Shown piece after piece: positions 9,673 through 18,735 of a stretch of 64,000 bases of DNA. The notes below the pieces were generated by a model. That model saw only the letters and a list, made by a program, of their open reading frames with translations, was not told where the DNA came from and searched no databases. The position numbers and the translations under genes were made by a program. The stretch spans positions 32,001 to 96,000 of the forward strand of contig JASFYO010000036.1 of assembly GCA_045047305.1 (NCBI GenBank), written 5' to 3'. Origin of the DNA: Planctomycetota bacterium. Its GTDB lineage: Bacteria > Planctomycetota > UBA1135. Every line of letters starts with the position of its first letter. Within the stretch, counting starts at the first letter, position 1.

Positions 9673-10986
9673 CTATGGAATGATGCGGCAGGCTCCACGG
9701 TTCTCCATCGCTAAGCGATAGAGGAAGGCACGTTCCTTTGGGCTTGCTCCCAGGGAAATAGTGCTGATGCGATTGCCCCGCCAGCGATTCCACCGCGCCA
9801 CCCGTGCCAAAATACGTAGTGGGTCCACAATCTCACCGACGGATGGGGCGCCGTCACTTAGCAAAAGCACTTCCTCGACCCCTTCTTCTCCAAAAGCACG
9901 GTCCAAACCACCAAAAAGATTGGTTCCACCGGCAAAGGTATGCGCCTCCACGAATTCGGTGGCCTGGGCAAGAACCATTTGTGACACCGGCACCATTTTC
10001 TGCTGAAAATCATACAGATCCGATCCAAAAAAAATCACGTTAAAGCGCGCGGTCGACGGCAAGCGCGGAAGCATCTTCACAAATTCTGCAACCGACTTAC
10101 TTGCACGAGTTTCTTGACGCTGTCCTGGCAAAACCCCATTCATGGATCCGGAGCTGTCCAAAACAAAAACCACGCGATCACTGTAAATCGGGATGCCCAT
10201 GTAGGAGAGGGTCGCAGCCTCAGCATTTGGATCTGGCTCACGGCGAAACTCGGTGCCGTCGGCCTTGTGCTTTAGATAGAAATGCTTCCAGGTTTTGTAA
10301 TCATTGGCAATGCGGTAGCCAGTAATAACTTGGAGCATCTCCACCACTTCATTCGCAGCACGCCCCTCGGCGACAGCGAGCAAGTCGATAAGAGCAGAGA
10401 CATAATCTTGACTCGGTTCGCGACGCAGCACATCTAAGCACTCATAAAGCATGGCGCCTTCTTCCATTTGCAATCGGCGCAAGGCTTCCACCTCTGCAAA
10501 ATGTGATTCGCGGTCGGCAAGTGCGCGCAAGGCTGCCATCCGTACCATGGGCTTTTCTTTGCGGTCGCGAAGGAATTGACGCCCCATCAACTCCCCAGTT
10601 TCACTTTGGAGCACCAAGGCATAAGTTACTTCGGCGCGCACTTCGGGCCTGCGGTCACGCTTCATGCCGGCCAACTCCTTCAAACCTTTAGGCCCGGCAA
10701 GGCCCAAACACCGCGCATAATCGGCCATGGAATCACCGCGTGCCATCGATTTCACATGGCGCAAGGCCTCGTAAGGAACTGGCTCCGAGCGATAAGCCAA
10801 AAGTTCCAAAGCCAACATCCGCACTTCTCCGCTTTGCGCCCGGTCTTTCAGCGATGCCACTAACTGAGCCTGGTTCGGCTCGGCAATCCGACCGAACGGA
10901 CGATAGGAACTTCCATTCTTATAGATTTCGCCCGTAGAAATGGGGCTTTGGAATGCCAGGAGAAGAAGAAGACTTAGGAATGCCAT
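9673..10986 (-). CDS. Secreted HEAT-repeat plus vWA domain protein
   Basis: Signal peptide, HEAT-like helices (EVRAEVTYAL, VRMAALRAL), MIDAS motif DSSGS...GGTN...LSDGAP. Confidence 0.8.
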   Translation of the reverse strand: MAFLSLLLLLAFQSPISTGEIYKNGSSYRPFGRIAEPNQAQLVASLKDRAQSGEVRMLALELLAYRSEPVPYEALRHVKSMARGDSMADYARCLGLAGPKGLKELAGMKRDRRPEVRAEVTYALVLQSETGELMGRQFLRDRKEKPMVRMAALRALADRESHFAEVEALRRLQMEEGAMLYECLDVLRREPSQDYVSALIDLLAVAEGRAANEVVEMLQVITGYRIANDYKTWKHFYLKHKADGTEFRREPDPNAEAATLSYMGIPIYSDRVVFVLDSSGSMNGVLPGQRQETRASKSVAEFVKMLPRLPSTARFNVIFFGSDLYDFQQKMVPVSQMVLAQATEFVEAHTFAGGTNLFGGLDRAFGEEGVEEVLLLSDGAPSVGEIVDPLRILARVARWNRWRGNRISTISLGASPKERAFLYRLAMENRGACRIIP

Positions 10987-11005
10987 GGCGGTGCTCCCTT
11001 ACAGT

Positions 11006-11353
11006 ATGCACATGCTCCTCCGCATTAACCTTGAACTTCCAGGTTTCCAGGATGCTCTGGCCGAATTCTTGCCTAAGGGCATGACGGTCGATTCTTGTGA
11101 AATGGACGAAAACGCACTCCGTTTGGCGTGCCGCGCCCCCATCATCGGCAAGCTAGTGCTGAAAGCTAAGGTCAGCGTGAAAGCCGGTGGATTAAGCCTG
11201 CGTGGCTTCGAATTAGAAGGTGCTGGCCTGGCACGCTCGATGGTGCTTGGCAAATTACGCGACAAGCTTTCCGGATTGGATGTCCGCAGCGGCTCCATGC
11301 GGGTCTGGGGGGATAGCGATGGGTCGGTAGCGTATCTATCATGGCCCCTATGA
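11006..11353 (+). CDS. Hypothetical protein
   Basis: ORF divergent from the vWA gene; its stop overlaps the next start (ATGA at 11350). Start uncertain (11006 or 11012). Confidence 0.6.
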   Translation: MHMLLRINLELPGFQDALAEFLPKGMTVDSCEMDENALRLACRAPIIGKLVLKAKVSVKAGGLSLRGFELEGAGLARSMVLGKLRDKLSGLDVRSGSMRVWGDSDGSVAYLSWPL

Positions 11354-13545
11354 AGGTGCAGAACCTGCTTCAAGGCGTCCTTGTTGGCGCTTGCATGGCC
11401 GGATGGGCTAGTTTGATCGAGGCGTTCTCGGTCTACAGCGCATTCCCATATCACGCCGACCCACTCGTTTGGGCGGCCCTCCTACCTAAATACCTCCTCT
11501 GCGGCGGCGTTCTAGGCCTCCTGTGCAGTTTAGCTTTGCCTTTGGTGAGCAGCTCCAAGGCGCGCAAGGACGATTTCAACCTTCATCACGGCATCCTCAC
11601 TTTGGTTGCTGGCGTGAGCTTGGTGTTGCTGCTCGAAGCCCGCATGGTTTGGGTCCCGGTCGACGTCTCGACTCTCAGCACCAAGATGCTGGTGACCTTT
11701 GCCATGATCCTTGGTGGTGGTGTGGTGGCCTATGCGGTGCTTTACCGCCTGGCCTCCACCTCTTTTGGGTGGGCCTTCAGCTCCTTCTTTAGTCGCTTCG
11801 CCACCGTGGTCGGACTAGGCGTTTTAGTTGTGCTTGGCACGATTTCCATCGTACTCCCCGTGCGCCCGGCCTTACTCGCCGAACCTGACCGCGCCAGTGC
11901 CGCCATCGACGGCTCACCCAATGTATTGTTTTTGGTGCTCGACACCACCTCGGCACGTCACCTTGGCACCTACGGTTATCACCGCGCGACTAGCCCGCAG
12001 CTCGATGCCTTCGCAGAAGAAGGCGTGGTCTTTGAAAATGCTTTTTCTGCCGCGCCGTGGACCCTGCCTTCGCACTGCTCCATGTTTACGGGTCTCCTGC
12101 CTAACTCGCACGGCACTGGCTGGACCCGCCCCCGCCTGCCCGATGGCATGGCCGACGTTAAAGATTTAGTGCACTATGATGTCCACACGATTTCAGAAGA
12201 ACTTGCACTTCGTGGCTACGACACCGCGACGGTAGCGGAAAAATCTTGGCTAACCTTTAACTCCGGCTTGTCTCAAGGCTTCGAAAAGTTTTATGACTAC
12301 TCGTTGCCAAACCTTGAAGAGCGCTTCTTCCTCCATCGTTTCTGGACCCGCTACCGCAACAAGTTTGGTTCTCGGGTCACGCCTCCAGTCGACAAAGGAG
12401 GCGCGCGAATCGTGGAGACTGCGTTAGATTGGATCGGCGGAAATCGCAGCCGTGATCAAGACCGCCCGTTCTTCCTGTTCATGAACCTGAACGAGGCGCA
12501 TGATCCATATCAACCACCAGAAGAATTCTGGGGCCATTTCTTGCCCGAAGGCATTTCGATTGCCGACAGTCATGAACTCGATGCGCGCAACAATACCCAG
12601 GGTCAACATGAAATTATTCTTGGGGATTGGGACATCAATGATCGAGACATGGAAATCTTCAAGTCGCTTTACGATGACGAGATCCTCTACCAAGATGGCT
12701 TGCTCGGACGCCTACTCGATGGCATCGAAGAGCTCGGGCTTATGGAAGACACGCTCATCGTGATTACGGCAGATCATGGAGAGGAATTCGGCGAGCTCGA
12801 TCACCGCGTAGGGCACCAGTTAGCTTTGGCCGACACCTTGCTGCATGTACCACTCATCATGCGCTACCCAAGTCAGTTACCCGCTGGCCGCCGTGTCGAG
12901 TCCCTGGCATCCACCATCGACATTTACCCGACCATCTTAGATGTAATCGAAAACGCACATGGGCAAGGCCCTCCTGCGCCAACCGTGGAGCTCCTTTCCA
13001 TCGAAGGAGTCAGTCAACTGCCAGCGATGCAAGACGGCATTCCGGTGCGGGACATAGTGATGGCGCACTACTTCAACCCGACTTCGTACCTCACCGGATT
13101 CGATGAATGGAATACCGATTACCCAGACGGAGGCTTGAGGGAGGAAGTCTCCCGCACTATGCGCTCCATCGATGTTCTACGCAGCGCCGATCACAAACTC
13201 TATATCTTTGGTGATGGGCAACGCGCTTTCATCAATTTAGCCGACGACCCACAGGAACTCGGCAGTATTGCGCAGACCATCCCTGAAAATATGGAAGAGC
13301 GCGCAGCCTTCTTTGAAGAACGCTTCTGGCGCCAGCTTGCCTCGTACGAAAGCGCACGGGAGATTCTAGTTGGTCAGCTTTCTTGGCACCGTCGCAACGT
13401 GAAGTGGCACAATGCGAAAGTGAACATAGATGCGAGCAACGTCACGTCGCTGGAGCAAACGGGATACGTAGGATCGACCGATAGCGACGGCACCGAAGCC
13501 AAGGAGCCGCTTACTCTGCCGCCGGTTCTGGATCTACCGAAATAG
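11350..13545 (+). CDS. Membrane-anchored sulfatase-like hydrolase/transferase (alkaline phosphatase superfamily)
   Basis: About five N-terminal TM helices, then PNVLFLVLDT, APWTLPSHCSMFTG, NEAHDPY, TADHGE and LHVPLI. Confidence 0.85.
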   Translation: MKVQNLLQGVLVGACMAGWASLIEAFSVYSAFPYHADPLVWAALLPKYLLCGGVLGLLCSLALPLVSSSKARKDDFNLHHGILTLVAGVSLVLLLEARMVWVPVDVSTLSTKMLVTFAMILGGGVVAYAVLYRLASTSFGWAFSSFFSRFATVVGLGVLVVLGTISIVLPVRPALLAEPDRASAAIDGSPNVLFLVLDTTSARHLGTYGYHRATSPQLDAFAEEGVVFENAFSAAPWTLPSHCSMFTGLLPNSHGTGWTRPRLPDGMADVKDLVHYDVHTISEELALRGYDTATVAEKSWLTFNSGLSQGFEKFYDYSLPNLEERFFLHRFWTRYRNKFGSRVTPPVDKGGARIVETALDWIGGNRSRDQDRPFFLFMNLNEAHDPYQPPEEFWGHFLPEGISIADSHELDARNNTQGQHEIILGDWDINDRDMEIFKSLYDDEILYQDGLLGRLLDGIEELGLMEDTLIVITADHGEEFGELDHRVGHQLALADTLLHVPLIMRYPSQLPAGRRVESLASTIDIYPTILDVIENAHGQGPPAPTVELLSIEGVSQLPAMQDGIPVRDIVMAHYFNPTSYLTGFDEWNTDYPDGGLREEVSRTMRSIDVLRSADHKLYIFGDGQRAFINLADDPQELGSIAQTIPENMEERAAFFEERFWRQLASYESAREILVGQLSWHRRNVKWHNAKVNIDASNVTSLEQTGYVGSTDSDGTEAKEPLTLPPVLDLPK

Positions 13546-15403
13546 CTTCCAGCACCCCGTACTGCTCCGCCCACGGACGCAAATCCCAAACCTCGGTACC
13601 TAAGTTGCCGAGGTTTTTGCTTGGCTCACCAAACATCTTTTCGATGATGGCACGACCTTGAGTCGACTGTTCCACCAAGTTATCCATGAACTGTTTGACG
13701 CCAAACAAGCGCATTTTTTCACCATTCTTGACCGCAGGGTTAAAGCGGAATGGCATCAATGCCACCATCAGCTTCTGTTGCGCTGTTTCAGCTGGCTGCG
13801 GCGCACGGGAAGGAGCACGGAAGTCTGGCCTGCGGTGAAACACCACGAAGCGCACATCCTTATCCACCACCAGCTCGCGACGCCAAGCCTCTAACTCGCC
13901 GTCGCTAAGAATTTCTAAATCAACCGGCAGGAACTGCGGCAGCCCGAGGATGTCGGTATCGACTTCCGCTGGATGCAAAGCGCGCATCAAATCAGTCTGC
14001 AGTCCATCCAAAGCACTCGGCAAAATGTGAGAGGTATAGCCCGCCAGCAAACGCTTCTGGTGAGAAGTTTGCAGCCACATGGTGTAGGCATCGCGGTAAT
14101 CAATCGGCATTTCGAGAACGGCGTAATCCATTGGATCTTCTGCCATCACCTCGTAGACCTTCGCCTGGCGCATGGCGATCGGTTTAGGTTTGGGCAGCTG
14201 CAACTCAAAGGCCATCAACACGATGAGCAAAAAGGTGGCTACGGCTCCGCGTTGAATCTGGATTTCTCGCAGGCCATAGGCAATCACACCAGTGATGCCC
14301 AGAATAAGCAAAATCAAGAAACGATGCGGCACGCGAATCATGTTCAGCACTGGAAGGTGAGGAAATAGCGCCATCGGCATCGGAATGTTTTCCATCGCCC
14401 GATTCATCACCACCAAATGTGGGCCTTGCACCAGCAAAAATCCAAGCAAGAGTAGGCACCAAAAACTGCCAACACCCTTAGTCCGCACCCGCCATGCAGT
14501 AAATAACAGGATGAGCATAGTGGACCACCCTAAAATGACCGGCCAAAACAGATGCCCGCCCAATCCATTTGGCGACATCCCGGTTAACTGCATTTCGCCG
14601 ACATAGCGGATTGGATCCTCCAACTCGCCTCCTCCACCGGCTTCACCCATTTGATCCATCAACGGGCGCACGCCCGGAAGCATCAGCGCGGCGGCAATCC
14701 CACCCATCACTAGCAGCTGCAACCAGAACTTGGTGTCGGCGAAACGTTTATCACGCAGCATCTTCACCAGCAACAACGCGCCGCCGGCCATGGCGCAGAA
14801 AATTGGTTGATACCAATCGGTATAGCCGGAAAGGGCCAACATCGTTGCGGTAAAAATCACCGCCTTCCACGAACGGTGATCGTACATCCACAACAGCCCA
14901 AGCAACACCAATGCCATCCATTGGAACTGCACGTTGTTTAACTGCGTAATCATCGCAGTGTGATATGGATTGAAGGTAAAAAACACCCCCGCGCCAAAGG
15001 CTGCAAGCGGAGCACCCGTGAGGTAACGCGCTAAAGCCCATCCACCAAGCCCGCTGAACAGGAAGGCGGAGAGGAATAAGACGGTATGCGCTGTTCCAAC
15101 CGTCAAGCCCAAGCTTTGCTGCAAAACAGCCGCGGGTATCGAGTTGGTGAAGGAGATGGTGTGGAACGCCAGCGAGGTGCCCGTAGGAGAGAACAAGCGG
15201 TCCGTTTGGTAATAGGCTTGTCCTGCTTCTTGTGCGTGGTCCACCCACCACAGATTCCAACTGTTCTGGAAGAAGTCGCGACCGACCGACCATACCTGAT
15301 CAGGATCCACCACCATGGGCCAAAAATAAATAGCCGTCAGCCCTGCGAAACCAACCAACACCAGGAAGATTTCGCTAGCGGTGAGTTTCTGTCCTTCGTT
15401 CAT
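13511..15403 (-). CDS. Polytopic membrane protein, GT-C/YfhO-like glycosyltransferase candidate
   Basis: Many TM helices; first loop GRDFFQNSWNLWW...LFSPTG; IRVPHRF; C-terminal AVLEMP...QTSHQKRLLAGY. Confidence 0.6.
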   Translation of the reverse strand: MNEGQKLTASEIFLVLVGFAGLTAIYFWPMVVDPDQVWSVGRDFFQNSWNLWWVDHAQEAGQAYYQTDRLFSPTGTSLAFHTISFTNSIPAAVLQQSLGLTVGTAHTVLFLSAFLFSGLGGWALARYLTGAPLAAFGAGVFFTFNPYHTAMITQLNNVQFQWMALVLLGLLWMYDHRSWKAVIFTATMLALSGYTDWYQPIFCAMAGGALLLVKMLRDKRFADTKFWLQLLVMGGIAAALMLPGVRPLMDQMGEAGGGGELEDPIRYVGEMQLTGMSPNGLGGHLFWPVILGWSTMLILLFTAWRVRTKGVGSFWCLLLLGFLLVQGPHLVVMNRAMENIPMPMALFPHLPVLNMIRVPHRFLILLILGITGVIAYGLREIQIQRGAVATFLLIVLMAFELQLPKPKPIAMRQAKVYEVMAEDPMDYAVLEMPIDYRDAYTMWLQTSHQKRLLAGYTSHILPSALDGLQTDLMRALHPAEVDTDILGLPQFLPVDLEILSDGELEAWRRELVVDKDVRFVVFHRRPDFRAPSRAPQPAETAQQKLMVALMPFRFNPAVKNGEKMRLFGVKQFMDNLVEQSTQGRAIIEKMFGEPSKNLGNLGTEVWDLRPWAEQYGVLEAISVDPEPAAE

Positions 15404-15816
15404 GCCAGCAGTGCAGCGCCTAAGAGGTAAACCGCATGCGCAGCGCCAAGCACCGTGAGGTCATAAGGTTTCCACTGCCAACTTCGGCGCTTTCTGCGCA
15501 TCACCCAAGCAATGCTTGCTGCTTCTATGTTCCAAAACCATAACCAAGCCGCCACAAGCGCCACAACCCAGCCTAAGGTGTTGCCATCTAACTGAGAATC
15601 ACTGAGACCCAAAGCACCGGATGCATAAAGCACATAGCCTCCGCCTAGGCTGACCACCCGCGCCAGCAATAAAAGTTTCACCGTAGGGCGGAAGCTACGC
15701 CCTATCGTGAACCAGATGACCCACCAATGCAGGAAAAGGACAATCGGGACCAGGATGGGATGAAGGCAGGCGTGGAACAGTTCCGCTAACGGGCTCACGC
15801 CAAGGCCTCCTGGCAA
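15400..15816 (-). CDS. Hypothetical membrane protein
   Basis: About four hydrophobic segments; overlaps both neighbours in operon fashion. Confidence 0.6.
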   Translation of the reverse strand: MPGGLGVSPLAELFHACLHPILVPIVLFLHWWVIWFTIGRSFRPTVKLLLLARVVSLGGGYVLYASGALGLSDSQLDGNTLGWVVALVAAWLWFWNIEAASIAWVMRRKRRSWQWKPYDLTVLGAAHAVYLLGAALLA

Positions 15817-16103
15817 CGCGAGCGTAATTCCTCGATAGTGAAGAGTCCGGTATCGTGGCCGTCATCGAACAGCACGCGATAAGCGTAGCGGCCGACGGGT
15901 TGCATATCCTTTAATCCAATGTCTTCCGGAACCTTTTCCGGATCCACTTGGCGCGCTCCGGTGATTTCATTCACGCAAAAAGCACAAGGGCAACTAATGC
16001 GTAACTCGCGAATGCCTAAGGCACTCACGAGTCCGTCCGACCAGGTAAACCTTAATTGGTCACCTTCCCGCTTTAGGCCGGTAAGCCGGGAGTCCATCGC
16101 CAA
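15795..16103 (-). CDS. DUF971 / GBBH-like N-terminal domain protein
   Basis: WSDG, LRISCPCAFC, PVGRYA and FDDGHDTGLF motifs. Confidence 0.9.
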   Translation of the reverse strand: MAMDSRLTGLKREGDQLRFTWSDGLVSALGIRELRISCPCAFCVNEITGARQVDPEKVPEDIGLKDMQPVGRYAYRVLFDDGHDTGLFTIEELRSRCQEALA

Positions 16104-16118
16104 GCTCGACCTTCGAGG

Positions 16119-16862
16119 TCAGGCTTCCATCTCCCGATCTTCTTGCGGCGATTTATCGTAACGCGCACGCACATTTTGCCGACCCATGTCGCGCAAGCGC
16201 AGGGAAGACTTACGCAGCCCAAGATCATGCGCTTTGGAGACTACGCTTTTCACCGTTCGGTTTAAGTGATCGGCAATCGAAAGATTATCTTGTTCCGGGT
16301 AAAGTCGCCGAAGCTCCTCCACCTCCTCCGGACGCCAACGTGGCATCTTGACTGGAGGTCCAGAGCCAGCGCGGCGCTGGTAGCCCTTGTCTTTCGCTAG
16401 ACAAAGTTCCTTCGCCTTTTCTTCGATTCGATCCGCAGGGCGGCCAAGGATTAACGAAACGTCTTCAGTGGCGCGGGTGCCATAAAAACGCTTCAGGAGT
16501 TGCAGGTCAGCCGATGTCCAAGCGCGCTGTTGCACTTCGCCGCGAAGCTGGTGCACCTTGCGTTCAATCTCTCCGACAGGTCGGCGCAGAATGCGGGCGA
16601 TGACATCGAAATCCGTAGCGCCAAGATAGCCTTTCAGCTTGCGCACTTCCTTCGCTGTCCACGGGCCCATTTGGGCCTCGCCTTCAAAAACTTTGCCAAT
16701 CATGCGGCGGACACTCTGCACTGTGCGGTTCAATTCCTGCGCAATCTGAACTTCTGTTTTGAAGCCATACATGCGTCGCAACCTTTCAATTTCCGGATAG
16801 GACCATCGTCCTTTCCGGCGACCTTGAGGGTTTGGGGAGTTCATTCCGTCAGATGCGGTCAT
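16119..16862 (-). CDS. Protein with four tandem Myb/SANT-like helix-turn-helix repeats
   Basis: Four units of roughly 45 aa with consensus W[ST]xx[ED]xxxLxxxY...IAxxLxRxxxS[VI]xxK; basic overall. Confidence 0.75.
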   Translation of the reverse strand: MTASDGMNSPNPQGRRKGRWSYPEIERLRRMYGFKTEVQIAQELNRTVQSVRRMIGKVFEGEAQMGPWTAKEVRKLKGYLGATDFDVIARILRRPVGEIERKVHQLRGEVQQRAWTSADLQLLKRFYGTRATEDVSLILGRPADRIEEKAKELCLAKDKGYQRRAGSGPPVKMPRWRPEEVEELRRLYPEQDNLSIADHLNRTVKSVVSKAHDLGLRKSSLRLRDMGRQNVRARYDKSPQEDREMEA

Positions 16863-16904
16863 CGCAGTTGATTCTCGCTCGGGTTCCAGGGAGCGGGGTG
16901 GGGT

Positions 16905-16921
16905 GTGGAGTCAAACTCCAC
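16905..16921. promoter_or_regulatory. Palindrome GTGGAGT-CAA-ACTCCAC upstream of the Myb-repeat gene (candidate operator or hairpin)
   Basis: Perfect 7-bp arms with a 3-nt spacer in the intergenic region between ptsI and the Myb-repeat gene. Confidence 0.35.
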
Positions 16922-16972
16922 GTGTGTTCCAGTATCAGACAATTCATGGCCTCCGTGCAATGAAAAATCGTG

Positions 16973-18727
16973 CTAAGTCTTGTGGGAACCTACGCTTTCG
17001 ACAACTTTCTGCCATGCCTGCGAGGTCAAATCATCCAAAATGCCTAAAGCATCCTTAGATGTACTCGCACGCGCAGCCTGTCGCGCAGTTTCCCGTAAAG
17101 ACTCAATATCGACCTCTCGCAGCAAGGCTTTAATTTCTGGGACAAAAAGTGGGGACATGGAGAGGCCTCCAAAGCCCACTCCTGCGAGGAAAAACGCTCC
17201 TGCGGGCTGTCCGGCCATCTCGCCACAAACCGAGGCTGGGACGCCAGCTTCTTGGCAAACCCTTGCGATGTAACGCAAGACGCGCAAATTCGCCGGATGA
17301 TAGGGTTGATACAAATCGGAGACCCAAGGATTATCGCGGTCAACCGCAAACAAGTATTGAGTGAGGTCATTGGTGCCTACGGAAATGAAATCCACCTCCT
17401 TCACCAGGTCCGGCAAGGCCATGGCGGCGGCAGGAACTTCAATCATCACCCCAAAACGCACGCCCAGGTCTTCCGTACCGGCGATCGCGTAGAGCAAATC
17501 CTTCGCTTGGCGCACCTCCTCCACCGTGGTCACCATGGGCAACATAATGTTGACGCCACCATGCCCCCGGCATTCGCGCAATGCCTGCAGTTGCATCAGA
17601 AATAAATCTTGCCATTTCAAGCTCAAACGCAATCCGCGCCAACCCAATGCAGGGTTCGCTTCTTCCGGAGTGCTGAAGTAGCGAAGCGGCTTGTCTCCAC
17701 CGATGTCCAGAGTGCGAAAGGTGACGGTTTTGCCAGGAAAGCAGTTTAGCACCGAACTGTAGATTTCTTTCTGCTCCTCCACCGATGGGAAGGATGGGCG
17801 TTCCATATAAGCAAACTCAGTACGAAACAATCCAACTCCGCTAACCGTTTCCAAATCGAACATGTCCAAATCACGTGGCGACTCAATGTTCACCAAGATT
17901 TTGACTTCGGTGCCATCCGCGGTGTGTCCGGCTTCTTTTGCGGCATCGGCCAAGACATCGCGTACGTGCGAGAGTTCCGAGGAGCGGGTGAGTGCAGCTT
18001 CTTGCTCTTCGGTGGTTGCGCCGAGAATGACCGTAGCGCTATCACCGTAAACCACACAAGGTTGGCCAGAACGTGCCCGTTCATCGACTCCTTCCATACC
18101 GGTCACGGTTGGAATGCCATAACTACGCGCGATCACTGCGCCGTGGCTGTAACGTCCTCCACGCGAACAAATGATGGCGGCGATTTTTTCGCGCGGATAG
18201 CTCACCACCAAAGTTGGGGTCAGCTCTTCCGCAACCAATACCAAACTTCCAGAGCCAACACTACGCGCCGCCTCAACATCGCTTTCGCTGAGTTGCTCGA
18301 GCACGGAATTCCATGGATCGCGCAAGTCGGCGGCCCAGGATTTCATGTCGCCACCTTCTAAGCTATCAAACAACTTGCCGAACTTATCCAGCAGGGCTTG
18401 AATGGCTGATTCTGGTGCCATCAGCTCGTCCATCACCCAGCGACGCAAATCCTTAACCGCTTCCGGGTCCATCAACACTGCAGCTTGGGCGGCGTAAATG
18501 GCAGCATCTTGCAGACCAAGTTCTTTCGCCGTGGCTGCTTGGATTTCCTCAAGCTTCTTAAGCGCAGCCGTTCGCGCATCCGTAAGGATTTTCCACGACG
18601 GCTCGGCATCGTGCGCATCGATGCGACGCAAGGGAATGCGCCTTTTGGTGTGAGTTAGGGCTACGAACACGGAGCCAACCCCCACACCAGGTGCGATGTA
18701 CGTTCCGTTTAGCTCGATGCGTTCCAA
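16973..18727 (-). CDS. ptsI: PEP-protein phosphotransferase (PTS enzyme I)
   Basis: Phospho-His motif GGRYSHGAVIAR, GVGLFRTEF, RTLDIGGDK, EANPALGWRG, SVGTNDLTQY, VCGEMAG. Confidence 0.95.
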   Translation of the reverse strand: MERIELNGTYIAPGVGVGSVFVALTHTKRRIPLRRIDAHDAEPSWKILTDARTAALKKLEEIQAATAKELGLQDAAIYAAQAAVLMDPEAVKDLRRWVMDELMAPESAIQALLDKFGKLFDSLEGGDMKSWAADLRDPWNSVLEQLSESDVEAARSVGSGSLVLVAEELTPTLVVSYPREKIAAIICSRGGRYSHGAVIARSYGIPTVTGMEGVDERARSGQPCVVYGDSATVILGATTEEQEAALTRSSELSHVRDVLADAAKEAGHTADGTEVKILVNIESPRDLDMFDLETVSGVGLFRTEFAYMERPSFPSVEEQKEIYSSVLNCFPGKTVTFRTLDIGGDKPLRYFSTPEEANPALGWRGLRLSLKWQDLFLMQLQALRECRGHGGVNIMLPMVTTVEEVRQAKDLLYAIAGTEDLGVRFGVMIEVPAAAMALPDLVKEVDFISVGTNDLTQYLFAVDRDNPWVSDLYQPYHPANLRVLRYIARVCQEAGVPASVCGEMAGQPAGAFFLAGVGFGGLSMSPLFVPEIKALLREVDIESLRETARQAARASTSKDALGILDDLTSQAWQKVVESVGSHKT

Positions 18728-18735
18728 AGCTTACC

